Below are positions 28,047 to 41,924 of a stretch of DNA of 64,000 bases, piece after piece (position 1 is the first letter of the stretch; each line of letters starts with the position of its first letter). Location of the stretch: the NCBI RefSeq assembly GCF_006345805.1, contig NC_043006.1, positions 3,038,001-3,102,000 of the forward strand. The letters run 5' to 3'. This stretch comes from Octopus sinensis (Eukaryota). The notes beneath the pieces are model-generated. The model did no database searches and was not told the origin of the DNA. It saw nothing but the letters and a program-made list of their open reading frames with translations. Made by a program: the position numbers and the translations under genes.

Positions 28047-30384
28047 TTAATGTTTATTCAATGTAGAGTGTGTTGACCAAGGTGACCACCGTTGGTTTCA
28101 AGAGGATTGGTATTCCGGAAAGACTTTGAAATCAAAGGTTCCGGAAAATCGATGTTGTATATGCATTTTCAATATTACACCAATGATACCTACGAAGATG
28201 GAATAACATGATGGCACGTGCCAGACAGCTCTTTCATAACGTGTACCTTTATTATCAAAGTCGTTAAATCAAATTTAACAGAGAGACGCAGGCGTGGCTA
28301 TGTGTTAAGAAGTTTGTTTCCCAGACACATGGTTCCGGGTTCAGTCCCACTGCGTGGTACCTTAGGCATGTGTTTTCTACTATAGCCTCGGATCGAACAA
28401 AGTCTTGTGATAGGATTTTGTTGGCAGAAACTGAAAGAAGCCAGTCGTATATCTATATATATCTATGTGTATGTGTCTTTGTATCTGCGTTTGTCCACCT
28501 CTACCGCTTGACAACCGGTGATGGTGTGTTTACGCTCCGTAACATAGTTCGGCACAAAAAACCGATAGAATAAGTACTAGACTTAAAAAAGGTCGATTTG
28601 TTTGATTAAAACCCTTCAAGGTGGTGCTCCAGCATGGCCTCAACCAAATGACTGGAATAAGTAAAGGTAAAATATAAATTTTTCAGATGTCTTCTTGAGA
28701 GTGTCTGCAGGCTCAATTAGCTGTTCGCAGGATCGAGCTCAAACGTCCGCGCGGAGTCCGGCTTTTAAGGTAGTTATCTATAAAATGTTAAAGCGATACC
28801 CTTAAATTTTCATAAATACGGCTCGATGCAGTTTTAAGCCAGATTAAAACACGTTACGATAAGAATCAACTCGATGGATGCGCAATGGAAATAAAAATAA
28901 AAATAGAGAAGAGGAAAACGCTGGGTTTCCTTGACCATCGAAATAGCTCAGATTCAATGTCAAATAAGACATGTTGGCAATTGTCAGCTTGATCAGCCAG
29001 GGACAGGATTAGAATTTCGGCCATGCCACTTAAAGTCTGCGAATGTGCGTGTATGTGTGTGTGTGTGCGTGTGTGTATGTGTGTGTGTGTGCATGGTGGG
29101 TGGGGAGTTGTGTATGTATGTATGGATAGATAGATGGATAGATGTGAATGTGTGTGTGTGTATGTGTGTGTATTGTGAAGATCTTGAACTGTCTGTCGAC
29201 GTGAACATTGCTATAAATTCGACTCTAGTCTCAATATAGATTCGTATCAACAGCGACTGCTTCATTATTATTCTTGCAAGTGCTTTAAAATAATAGCATT
29301 GTTTTAATACACGAAGGCGGCGAGCTGGCAGAGTGGTTAGCACACCGGGCGAAATGCGTAGCCGTATTTCGTCTGCCGCTACTTTCTGAGTTCCAATTCC
29401 GCTGAGGTCGACTTTGCCTTTCATCCTTTCGGGATCGATTGAATAAGTACCAGTTACGCACTGGTGTCGGTATAATCGACTCAATCCGTTTGTCTGTTCT
29501 TGTTTGTTCCCTCTGTGTGTAGCCCCTTGTGGGTAGTAAAGAAATAAGTAATGTTTTAATACACACACTCATACACGCACAAGCACGCATATACGCATAC
29601 ACACGCACGCACGCACGAGCACACACATACACACAGAGACAAGTATACATGACAGAAAATGCTGTTGGAAAATGTTACAGAAAAATCAATTCTGATCCAC
29701 GAAACATCGGCAGAAGCTGCAAAAATTTGTGAGAATTATGTAAGCCATGTACAGAGATGCTGTCAGTAAGATGGGAATCATTTATTATATTTTTTATCTT
29801 TTACCTGTTTCAGTCATTAGACTGCGGCCATTCTGGAACACACCTTTGAAGAATTTTTAGTTGAATAAATCGACCCCAATTCTTATTTTTTCGTTTTTTT
29901 AAAGCTTGGCACTTATCCTATCGATCTCCTTTGCCGAACCGCCAAGTTACGGGAAGGTAATCACACCACACCGGTTGTCAGGCGGTGGTGGGGGACAAGC
30001 ACAAATACTTAGACACACACACACGCACACGCACGCACGCACGCACGCACACACATATGACGGACTTCTTTCAGTTTCCGTCTACCAAATCTATTCACGA
30101 AGCTTTGGTGAGCCCAAAGATATAGAAGAAGACGATTGCCTAAGGTATCACGCAGTGGGACTGAACCCGGAACCATGTGGTCAGAAAACAAGCTTCTTAC
30201 CACACAGCCACGTCTGAGAACGAGATCAGCGAAGAATTTAGCGTTCAGGTTGATATACATCAAGACTCAGTTTTCCTGCTCCTAAAGAAAGGAGTTCACA
30301 ACCAGTTGTTTGTTGGAATTTCCTGTACGAAAGATGGTAATTGCGTAAAGTAGTGCCAAGCAATACAAGGTACTACGAACCTTC

Positions 30385-30484
<100 letters not shown>

Positions 30485-31049
30485 AATATTGGCTTGACAA
30501 GAATTAATGAAAGCTTATCTTAGAAGGTTGTACATCACGAAGAAGGTGACTGATGTAGCAAATGGCGAGAAATTGTGCTGAGGAATTGTTGAACTTTGGA
30601 GCCTCGAGAAACGAACGCAAAAGTAACTCTCGTTGACTTACATTTTTTTTATTTTCTGAGAAAATATTAATTAAAAAAATATTCTAGTAATTTACACAAT
30701 TACTTTAATGAATTATTTTCCCGATCATTAACTTACTTTTCCGAAATGTATTGCAATGCTTGCGGCCATACATCATTCTTTTTTTCCTGCGAGTTAATAA
30801 AAATAATTTTCTGCTGTTTCTAACTCTGCGAAATATAACGTCCAGTCGAGCGTGAGAAAAGTTATGTGATTCCAAATTTAATCGAGTAACTTCATAATTT
30901 TGTTCTTCTGCAAAAGCAAGATGCAGTTGAAATTGAAGTTGTTTAACTTTGCAGGATATTTCTATGGAGAAGAGAGGAATTCTTGAAAGGAAAACATAAA
31001 AACTTTTACTTGATCCGTCCTGTCATAACTTATTTGCTTCTATAACGTG

Positions 31050-32680
31050 TGGAAGCATTTTTTAAACTATTGGACGAGGCTTATTGCAAAGTAGAAAAGG
31101 TGGATTTCTAAGAACAATGAGTAATTCTTGCTTCAGGAATATCCAATATGTGTTCCTGTAAAAAAAAGAAAGAAAAAAAAGAATGGTTCCTAAATTCGGT
31201 GCTTGACGGAAAAAATGGCTCCCTACAGAATAGATTGTGTTCATTATTCTACTTCCTTACTTGGGGAAGCTACTATAGGTTTGGGATATTAGGTTACGGA
31301 TATGGATTGCTGCAGGAGAGGAAACATTTCAGGCAGATTCTTTAATCTGTGACACATCAGCGGTGGAGGAAGAGAGAAACTCTACATCGTCTTCCTTATA
31401 AGGAAGACGGTTGTAAGCCAACGAAGGGAAACTGTTTTCATAACGAGTACAGACAACAGCAAATATCTCTCATTCAGCAGAATTTGGTGGAGACCACTGC
31501 AAACAACAGTGTTATTTCGCTTGTGGTATCATCGGGTTTCGTGTCTCTTCATCTCTGAATCTGTGGCACCAATGTAAGGTTTTATATTCCTTTCACACAA
31601 TCACTTGATAACTTTTCTGGATAACTGTCATACTTGGGTACCTTGGATGCCTGCTAATGTTGCAGGATGTTAAATTTAATGAAATGAGCAGCTCTTCAAT
31701 CTGTCGAAAGTGTTACACCTACGCAAGGAGAATCTGCAGCAAGAGATATTTTGGAAAGATCAGGTTGCTAAGAAATACGTTGTTAGTTTCTTCAGATGCA
31801 TTTAAGAAAAGAATCCTGGGTCCCTTTGCGGAGATCGATCAGCTTATTTCTTTATAGTAATTTCTATGATTTGGTATCAGTTTTGACTCGAGTTTTTTTA
31901 TCATACTCACCCAGATAAATGCTTTTGTACAATGCTTCTCTGAACACTGCACAACTCTGAGTTTTGATGCTGTCTTTTTGGCGACTGCATGCAAATATTG
32001 AAAGGTATTCCACACATTAGCTCTACCAAATCTTCCATTTAGTAACGAATAAAGTTAAATGTATCTTCTATGGAGATCGACTGAGGGCTTTCTGTATTGT
32101 TCCGAGTCTTTATGTGAGTTGTCTTCACACATGGATTCCTTATACTTTTCCCAACAAATATCGAGTAACCCAAAAAGTTTGTGCAGTTTCTTTATAATAA
32201 AATTTGAGCAACTGCGAAAATGTTTACTGCATGTATTACTCGTCGAAATAGGCACCTTCACAAAACGACACCACCCTTTCCCATCGAGAAACATATTGGT
32301 TTAGTCTTACTTATATAACGTTTTGTCTTTAGAAGAGAAACAAAAACCTGGCTATCTTATTCCCTTTCTGTTTTGTATATGAATGTTTAGCGACGAAAAA
32401 AGAGGAGAAATGTCTGAAGAATGTGATGAAAACGAAAGTAGATGCCATCTCAAAGCATAAATTGGCCCACAGGTCAGCTTTGCAGTATAAAGCGTTGTAT
32501 TGTCTTGTATGAATACCATTATTTTAGTTAACTAAACCTGGCTGCTTCTGGAGCAAGCTATCCTGCATAAACGTAAGTTGCATGGAGTAACCATAATTGT
32601 TTGGCCTGCAACGAGAAACTCATAGTGGACAATACAGGCCCACTAATCATGGCCTCGTGGGAACGGAGTGTGCCATTTTC
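31050..32680 (+). mobile_element. Highly decayed DIRS-like (Ngaro/PAT-type) retrotransposon RT/RNaseH
   Basis: Ordered degenerate motifs recognised by eye: NSVLDGK; TWGSYYRFGILGYG (cf. YYxFxVLPFG); RWRKR..LPYKEDG (cf. YLDDG); LLVSSDA (RNaseH); GVTIIVWP..W. Confidence 0.45.
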
Positions 32681-32719
32681 TTCTTTGACCATAAGACACA
32701 TTTTTCATCACAAGTGAGT

Positions 32720-33185
32720 AAACAACTAAAAAAATGATTCGTTTTCTGCCTTTTTGTTAAAGTGAAATGAGCTAAGAACAAATTGATAACCTCTGAAGTT
32801 TATTGTCGTCTGATAATGCATGTAGAGCCCATTTGCTCAGATTCCACGATTCTCGTTGTTGAAGCAATTATAAGCTAACAGTTTCAGCATATATATATTG
32901 AACATTTGCAAAAGTTCTCGACACATTATTTTAGAATTATATTCAACAGCAACAAACAACTCTTAAATATCAATAATGGAGATCTCTTCCCTTACATTGT
33001 CCATCTTCAATGGATGAACATCGTTTGGTATTCATCTCCAGAAACAAATATTGCAAACAAGTACGTTCTGTTGTTGGATGTTTTCCAGATGTTTTGCATA
33101 TCTTACGTGACGCCATTGCAGCTTTTAAACCAAGTTTGAACTCATAAAGTAAATCAGCACGAATGACATTACGTTCAGATAGCTT
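32720..33185 (-). mobile_element. Decayed mariner transposase N-terminus
   Basis: ORF 32970-33290 contains IRADLLYEFKLGLKAAMASRKIC..TERT..SIED..GR, matching the mariner paired-like HTH. Confidence 0.55.
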
Positions 33186-33856
33186 TTCAGAAGGGTTCAA
33201 AGTTATAGAAAAGAGACACAGATTGTAAAAGAGCAGGCCGATCGACTGGTGTGTATCACTGGCTTCTGACACGTATGGAAATTTTAGCACTGGAAACTAG
33301 CATATATGGGAAAATGTCACTGTAGTTAACTGTTCCAAAACTGCACAAATTCTTTTGGTTTTCTGGTATATTGGATTTTATGTTTTGATATAAGAAGATG
33401 TGTATGGCGAGAAAATTAAGCAAAATTTTGATGGAATTTGGAGGATTTGGCACCTTGTACTGTTTTATTTCAGTGTTCGTCAACAAGAACCCGAAGTTTT
33501 GGCATGCTTCTCTGAAGTGGCTGAACTAAATTCTGTTTACGGCTTTCAGATATTCAAATGAGACAAGTCCTTAAATAATCCCTCATCTTGCTAGACATAG
33601 CAACCAGATCTCCCTCAAATCCTATGCTACTGCCTTCGAAGTGGACTTAGTCAAGAGTACAGAAATCCTGTGGTAACCACTGATGGACCGTGATTATAGA
33701 CGTGTTTGATTAGAATGATTTTTGAAGCTAAATAAGAGTAACAACAACATTTCAACACATATCTAAACGCATTGTTACTCATGCACATGCGCACGCACAT
33801 ACACATACATGTATCTGCATAAACACATGAATCAAAACAACATTAAAACTGGTATA

Positions 33857-33940
<84 letters not shown>

Positions 33941-34171
33941 AAGTACACTTAAATACTCCAACAACTCGTTCCCCCTCCCACGCAGGGAAACGTGTAATGT
34001 GTGTGTGGGAGGTGAGGGCAGAGGATGGCGTAAGAATAGTAGAACATTAAATAAACCATTCCATTGTACAATGTTCTTGAAGAGTTAATTGCTTTACTTA
34101 AATAGAAGTAATTAAAAGAATAAACGCTGCGAAACGAATCAAGTTAATTTCCAACGACCTAACAAGCTTCT

Positions 34172-34218
<47 letters not shown>

Positions 34219-35349
34219 TGTATAGCAAATGAAATGATCGCCATTCTTTCTACAAAACAGAACCAATAAGAGAATCTCTACTCTATTGGGGTACGAGTGA
34301 AGTACAGAGCAGAGGAAGGGAATCTCTACAGTATAAGAGGTCATGCGCTACAACACAAGGGATGGGAGAGCCACAATAGTACCAGGAATGGGGGAATGTC
34401 TACTGTAGAATGGTTGAGAGAATACCAGCAGTACTAGGGATGGGAGATCTGTTATGGTATCAGTGCTGGGAAACCTTCCCTGCTACAGAAGAACTCCCAT
34501 GCACAAGCCTATCAAGGACTACAAGGCCGATTTTCTCTCTCCTATTGTGGAAGTAGGTTAATCACATCCTCCCAAAGTGAACTATGAATAATTATCAATT
34601 AACCTCGAAATTAGGAATTTGACATTATCAAAGCACTGGAAGAGCAGTGCCATCATTTTCCACTGGTTTCACAGCATCAAAAGTAAAGTGTCTTGCAGTT
34701 CCACTCAAATCGCCATTGGTCTTTTGCTCAATCTATCTCTAAGTTACTTCTGAAACTCTGGGATTTTGGGAGATATCTCACCACAATTATTCATTTAGGC
34801 AGCAGGATAATTACGAATGTCACCTTTACTATGAAGATCCGACTGGGTTAAAACTTAGAGCGAACTATTGTTTCTTGTTTCCATACAGAGCTACAATGGA
34901 GCTATGATGGAGATGAGTGAAAGAGACCTGTGAAAGAGACTCTTAGCTGAGGAAGTCAGAATGATATGGAAACACATCCGGTGTTGTCTTCGGAAGTTTG
35001 CAGGATAAATGAAAATAATCTAAACCATTGACCAATATCGACATTTCCTTAATGCATATTAATTTTCAATTAACTTTCCAATGACCTGTTGATCAAATAT
35101 ATTAACTCTAAATATATTACTATCAGACTTAACTATTGTTTTCATGCAAACGGCTAAATTGTCTTATTTAATTTCTAAACAATTTCATGTTCCTATGCCC
35201 AGTATCACATATTTCGCTCAATGACATAATTATGTACGCCGTATGCTATGAAACTGAAACATGCTAGAGGTTCTCGTTCTAGTCCTTAATGCATATATAT
35301 ATATATATTTTAAAGGTTTAAATGCTATAAGCTATATTAAATTTGTTTA

Positions 35350-35795
35350 GGCGCAGGAGTGGCCGTGTGGTAAGTAGCTTGCTTACCAACCATATGGTTC
35401 CGGGTTCAGTCCTACTATGTGGCACCTTGGGCAAGTGTCTTCTACTATAGCCTCAGGCACTGTGAGTTGATTTGGTAGACGGAAAGTGAAAGAAGCCCGT
35501 CGTATATATGTGTGTATATATATATATATATTATATATATATATATATATATAATATATATGTGTGTGTGTGTATGTGTGTGTGTATGCATATGTTTGTG
35601 TGTCTGTGTTTGGCCTCCCCAACATCGCTTGACCACCGATGCTGGTGTGTTTACGTCCCCGTAACTTAGCGGTTTGGCAAAAGAGACCGATAGAATAAGT
35701 ACTAGGCCTACAAAGAATAAGTCCTGGGGTCGATTTGCTCGACGAAAGGCGGTGCTCCAGCATGGCCGCAGTCAAATGACTGAAACAAGTAACAG
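35350..35795 (+). mobile_element. tRNA-derived SINE family A (CORE-like, internal microsatellite); representative copy
   Basis: A box TGGCCGTGTGG, B box GGTTCAGTCC, CCTTGGGCAAGTG core and tail CCAGCATGGCCGCAGTCAAATGACTGAAACAAG. Other copies: 7612-8020(-), 8436-8518+9795-9955(-), 11618-11800(-), 14810-15650(+), 18632-18995(-), 27168-27303(+), 28288-28670(+), 29797-30213(-), 47226-47615(+). Confidence 0.9.
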
Positions 35796-36169
35796 TGAAT
35801 ATATGATGCACGGGAGCAATAATTATAAGATGAAATAAATTCAAATCGGGTTTTGAAATGGCAAAAAATTAGATGACGGTTACAATTAAAGAAAGGTATT
35901 GTTATAGTTTGTAAGTCGACATAAAAATGCTCCGTCGCGGAATCGGTCGTTTACAAGTAATCTACTTTATACGATAAGTAATACTACAGTAACACACCGT
36001 AGTCTTAGTAAGTTAATTAATATATACTAGTAAGAGATTGGGATTGAATCAAATAGCAATGCCAGCTTCTGCTTAGAAGACTAGTGAAAAAATAAGCATG
36101 TAAACACACATACGAATATGCGCAAACACACAGAGACACAGACACAGACACACACACATATATATGTAC

Positions 36170-36217
<48 letters not shown>

Positions 36218-36218
<1 letters not shown>

Positions 36219-36582
36219 CTATATAACGGCAGTTTGTGCTGTGCGTGTTTCTGTGTGTCCGTTTGCTTGTACCCTCACCCTGACCACGGCTTTCAACCGA
36301 TTCTGATGAAACTTGACACACCATAGCCCAATGTCATAATTCAAAACTAACGCAGCGAAAATTTTGAAAAGTTCCCCAGTTCTGAAAAAAATCGATAAAT
36401 TCGACATGGGGTCGAGAATCAGAAACACAAACCACAGACCGTCTAGGGGACGCAACTCCACCTTTTTTAACTCTCAAAAAAAATTTACCATCATTTTTTG
36501 CTATTTTTTGGCTATAACTCTCTAAAAATGCTTTATAGTTATTTCCCTTACAAACCTGAGCAACGCCGGGCGATACTGCTAG
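36218..36582 (+). mobile_element. Non-autonomous Helitron, copy 1
   Basis: Starts TC, contains the AACCGATTCTGATGAAACTTG motif, ends with GC hairpin CCTGAGCAACGCCGGG then CTAG|T. Confidence 0.75.
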
Positions 36583-36617
36583 TATATATATATATATATA
36601 TATGTACATATATATAT

Positions 36618-36860
36618 AACGGGAAGGTTTACGAAAATAAACAAAAGACGAAGGCAGGTGGAGTACAAACAAACAATTGTATTAGTATGGCGCTCAGAAA
36701 TAGAAATAAAACAAGTCTTTTACGTTTCGAGCCTACGCTCTTCGACAGAAAGATACACAGAAAAGAAACAAGGAGAGAAAAAAAATGCGTGTAGGAGCTT
36801 ACGGTCCATCATGGCGTTCTGATTTCAGACAAAAGTCAGAGGTCAGAGGTCAGACGTTAG
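36618..36860 (-). mobile_element. Second copy of the (TA)n-inserted HHR-like element
   Basis: Near-identical to 15072-15342, including CGTTTCGAGCCTACGCTCTTCGACAGAAAG. Confidence 0.6.
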
Positions 36861-37158
36861 ACGCTAGAGGGATAGTAGAGGAGATAACAGGGTCAAGTGA
36901 CTTCGCCCCAACATGAAGGTGTGTGTGTGTATAAGAGAGTATGTATGTGCGTGTGAAAGAGGGCTGGTGGTTTGGATGTATGTATGTATGTATGTGTGGG
37001 TGTGGAGATTTGGGGATGGGTGTGTGGGTGGTGTGTTGTGATGTGATGTGTAATGTCGTATGGTGTAGTGTAGTGTGGTGTGATGTTGTGGGGAGGTGGG
37101 GGGGCGAGAGTGGGGAAAGCCCATGTGGGGAAAGCCCATGTGGGGTATGGGTTCGGCA

Positions 37159-37221
<63 letters not shown>

Positions 37222-37223
<2 letters not shown>

Positions 37224-37572
37224 TATAAACGGCAGTTTGTCTGTGTGTGTTTCTGTGTGTCTGTTAGGTTGTACCCTCACCTGACCACGGCTTTCTGATG
37301 AAACTTGACACACACATAGCCCAATGTCATAATTCAAAACTAACGCAGCGAAAATTTTGAAAAGTTCCCCCAGTTCTGAAAAAAACGATAAATTCGACAT
37401 GGGGTCGAGAATCAGAACACAAACCACAGACTGTCTAGGGGACGCAACTCGACCTTTTTAACTAAAAAAAAATTTACCATAATTTTCTTTCCATTTTTTG
37501 GCTATAACTCTCTAAAAATGCTTTATAGTTATTTCCCTTACAAACCCGAGCAACGCCGGGCGATACTGCTAG
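37222..37572 (+). mobile_element. Non-autonomous Helitron, copy 2
   Basis: Highly similar to 36218-36582; ends CCCGAGCAACGCCGGG..CTAG|T. Confidence 0.75.
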
Positions 37573-37574
37573 TA

Positions 37575-38737
37575 TCTAATATAATAAATGTGAAAACTAT
37601 TTCCTGTGTGTCAGTGTGTCACACTTCGACTCCTCTCTTACTATTCAATGACACTTCTACTATTACTCATGATGGGGTGAGAGCAATAGTAGGCATAGAG
37701 ACGGTGAGAGCGGTGAGAGCGGTGAGAGAGAGAGAGAGAGAGAGAGAGATAGGAAAAGAGAGGGAGAGAAAAAGAAACAAAGAAATTTAGGGAGAGTTGA
37801 TGATGTTTTATTAAAAGTAGTAGTGTTGATGGTGGCAGTGGGAATAATAATAAGAGAGAGAGAGAGCGAGAGAGAGAGAGAGAGCGAGAGAGAGAGAGAG
37901 AGAGAATGGGTATGTGAGAGAAAGAGGGTGATGATGTACAACTTTGTTTAACCATGTCTCTGACAGAAATTCCCGTCGCCAACATACTGAACTCTATCGT
38001 TTTTGTTTTATGTTTTGCTTTCTTTAACACACGCACACACAAACACACACACAGAATACACTTTAATTGAAATAAATTTTCCCCAAAATTAAACATATCT
38101 AATATAATAAATGTAGTGTGTCAGTGTGTCACACTTTTTCAACTTTAATAAATCCTTTCTACTGGAAGCACAAGGTCTCAAAATCTCGGGTGGGGGGGGA
38201 TTAAGTCGATTACATTGACCTCAGTACGTAACTGGTACTAAGGATGAATCGCAAAAATTGACATCGGCGGAATTCGAACTCAAAACCGAACGGCAGACGA
38301 AATACTGCTAAACATTTCGACCAGCGTGCTACCGATTCTGCCTGCTCGCCGCCCTAATATAACAAATGTGAATGTCGGTGTGTCAGTGTGTCACACTTTT
38401 TCACCTTTACTCCTAGAGGCCGTAGCCCAACATATCATACCGTTTTCGAATCAGGCTGACGTGAGTAAATTAGAAACATTCCGAGTCGAATCCTGACCTG
38501 CAATCCTGAAATTTTGGATTCCTATGTTTTCATTATTGCGACTGTTGTCGGTGATTTTTTTCACATGATTTGTTGCGACGAATACGATCATGATTGGGAT
38601 ATGACTCTGGAGGAAGCAATTGCTACAAAGTCACCAAAACAAGTCAGAGATCTGTTTGCAGATCTTCCCATCCGGGGTCAGTTGCTTAAAAGCTATATAC
38701 TAGCTTAAAGCTAAATACCGGGCGGCTTTTGAGCTAG
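37575..38737 (+). mobile_element. Composite Helitron with three 5' ends and a RepHel fragment
   Basis: (T)CTAATATAA..GTGTGTCAGTGTGTCACACTT recurs at ~37575, ~38098 and ~38355. Peptide DHDWDMTLEEAIATKSPKQVRDLFA resembles Helitron Rep/helicase. Ends in CTAG|T. Confidence 0.6.
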
Positions 38738-39199
38738 TAAATATATACATATACATATAAATGTGTGTGTGTGTGTGTGTGTGTGTGTGGTTGAGTGCAT
38801 GCATATGTGTTGAATCGTTAATCATCTTTTTCTGTCTCCGTTTTTTTTGTTGCGTCTCTCCATTATTTCCCCTCTTAATCCTTTCTGACGAAGCCCTTCG
38901 GTTCCAAACGTCAAAGACTTATCCATTCTTCCTGAGCGTCAAACTAATACACCTGCTCATTGTTCCCTCACCTGTCTTTGTCTTTTGCATTCTGTAAATT
39001 TGATCTGTGTACACACACACACACACACATTACGTATGACTAAGGGTGTTAGAAACACCTACGTTGCTAGAAATAAGAGCTAAAACGCTTTAATGCTGCA
39101 GTCAAATCACATAATTGTATGCTTTCATGTTAACAGGGACCGTAATCAGCTGGAAGCAGCGGTCGAGACATCCGCGCACTGATCGGTCAGTTTCGCCTT

Positions 39200-39610
39200 T
39201 TCGCCTTTTATACATACACCAACTCAAGGAATACTATGGTGGAGTATTCCCATCAAAACGTCTTCCAAATGTAAATATAACAGGTCGGATATTATTGTTT
39301 GGGTCAGAGGGGTAAAGGTATGTACCATCATAGAGGTCAGCTGCTCTGCAGATATAAATATCTCTTTGAAAATCAAAGAAAAAGAGGATATGGACAATTG
39401 CTTCGAAACCTCCAGACTATGAATTCATATGACTACTAATAATAATTGGAGTACTAGGTTTTGTTAGTAAATGCTTAAAGGAGAATCTGGATAAACTGGG
39501 ATTTTCAGAAAGAGAAATCGACCGGCTAATTCGTACATTACAAGGGCAATCTGTCAGTGGAACAGTACAAATATGCAAGACTTTTCTCAAGTTCCAATTG
39601 TGAATTTGCC
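39200..39610 (+). mobile_element. Third REL-endonuclease LINE 3' fragment (R4-like)
   Basis: Plus strand reads KYNRSDIIVW..CTIIEVSCSADINISLKIKEKED and IIIGVLGFVSKCLKENLDKLGF..GTVQICKTFLKF. Confidence 0.65.
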
Positions 39611-39760
39611 TCGTATCTTTGTTGGAAACCGGCTCCCTATTCAGTGGAAGATTTATAATAATTAAACAATAGAAGACATACATAAATTACACACACACAC
39701 ACAACACACACACACATTTATATATGTGTGTGTGCGAGTATGTGTGCGTGCGCGCGTGTA

Positions 39761-39898
<138 letters not shown>

Positions 39899-39932
39899 CC
39901 TACCTCCCTACCTATCTATCTACATACATACA

Positions 39933-39965
<33 letters not shown>

Positions 39966-39998
39966 TCATACATACATACACACATACATGTATCTGTA

Positions 39999-40044
<46 letters not shown>

Positions 40045-40570
40045 ATATATATATATATATTTCTATGTCTACGCACGTACTTAAAGGCACGTGACCTAGT
40101 GGATAGTGTTGCATTTACTATCGCCAAGTCGTGATTTCGATTTATACGCACTGAAATACAAAATAAAAGTACAAACCGTCAACGTGCATTATTTCTCATA
40201 TCTTGCAATGCTCTGGCCTTATGAAAAAAAAAAAAAAGATCACGCGTGCGCGCATGCACACATATGTACATGCATTTGTGTATGAATATGTGTGCGCGTA
40301 TATGTACAGATATTTATGTGTATGTGTATAAATGAGCGAATATGTAGATGTATTTATATACAGATTTAATAATTTACAGATACATGGACCCCAGACAAGA
40401 TTCTCTCCTAGAATCTGTGAGACAGAACGTGCCGCAGACAGATCTTTGGTTTAGAGCTAAAGTCCATCTTAGGGGCTTCCACACAGTCCTCTCTCACCTA
40501 ATTTCACTCTCACACGCTTTTATCGACTCACCTTTACGGGATCGAACTCAACATCTCATATATACATGTA

Positions 40571-40926
40571 TTCGGTTGTCCGGAAAGTTCGTGCTGGTTT
40601 ATAGTAGCTTAGCTTTCGACTTATTTTAGAACATGGTTGAGTCCATAACATAGGATTTGACCACATCTCCATTTAGAGCACAGTTTAAGCTATCTTTTCG
40701 AGGAAGAAGGTTTATGTTCCTATAACCTGTGTTAATTCTGTAACCCTCTAAAATGGAAGAAAAGAAAGTTCGTTTTCGGCACTTGATGCTTTTCTTTTTC
40801 CGTAAAGGGAAAAATGCCTTACAAGCAACCAAAATCCGTCGTTCATGAGGACCTGGGAAAGCTTGGGTAATTTATTGGCCTTTTTCTTTCCTTTAAAAAT
40901 CGGCACGAACTTTCAGGACAACCCAA
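40571..40926 (+). mobile_element. Mariner deletion derivative (MITE-like)
   Basis: TIRs TTCGGTTGTCCGGAAAGTTCGTGC / GCACGAACTTTCAGGACAACCCAA with TA TSDs. Internal MEEKKVRFRHLMLFFFRKGKNA is a transposase start. Confidence 0.85.
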
Positions 40927-41298
40927 TATATATACATATATGCATATTTGTATATGTTTACATGTATGTATGCTTATATACGTATGTGTGTTTGTGTGTA
41001 TAAGTGTATATATATATATATATAATTAATTAATAAGGGTGAGAGAATTAGATACTAATTTAATAGTATATCTATTCAACACCAAGTGGCCTAGTGCTCC
41101 GAGAAACCTGGATTATTATAATATTTTATAATATATTATAATATTTTTACAAAATAAATATAAGAGAGTGGTCACTATATGGCTCACTCTAGCACCAGTT
41201 AATCCAAAAGGTTTCAACCACAAAAATACATGTTTCCCATGAAAGTCAGTACGATTGTTAGCTCACACGGACAGGGCAAATAAAAAATAACAAAAATA

Positions 41299-41394
41299 CA
41301 GATTATTTTGGGACAATTGTTTCGCTATTAATGAATTAAATGTAATTTTACTTACAAAAAAATCCACTTGTAGCTCCTCAGCCAAAACTATCTG
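41299..41394 (-). ncRNA. Inverted second copy of the same hammerhead ribozyme
   Basis: Reverse complement of 41925-42020. The only core difference is at the freely variable position 7 (CTGAGGA vs CTGACGA). Confidence 0.85.
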
Positions 41395-41924
41395 GATGAA
41401 ATCCACAGTAAAATTACATTTTTGGATTAACTGGTGCTAGAGTGAGCCATATAGTGACCACTCTCTTATATTTATTTTGTAAAAATATTATAATATATTA
41501 TAAAATATTATAATAATCCAGGTTTCTCGGAGCACTAGGCCACTATCTGGATGAAATCCACAGTAAAATTACATTTTTGGATTAACTGGTGCTAGAGTGA
41601 GCCATATAGTGACCACTCTCTTATATTTATTTTGTAAAAATATTATAATATATTATAAAATATTATAATAATCCAGGTTTCTCGGAGCACTAGGCCACTT
41701 GGTGTTGAATAGATATACTATTAAATTAGTATCTAATTCTCTCACCCTTATTAATTAATTATAATTATGCTACATTTATTTCTAAATGCAGTCTTTGTTT
41801 TCCGTGAAAGTTTGGCGCGCTGTTAGTTGGGGCATTTGAATTATAACGTCGGATGTAATCAATTGAACCACACGCGTATTTATCGTTATGGTAAAATCTG
41901 GCGTGTGATTGAGTGGATTTCATC

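Noticed and set aside
32055-32294. CSKHF THAP-like motif in a minus-strand ORF
   Set aside because: Lacks the N-terminal CxxxC and the AVPT box; the region is better explained by a plus-strand retroelement remnant.
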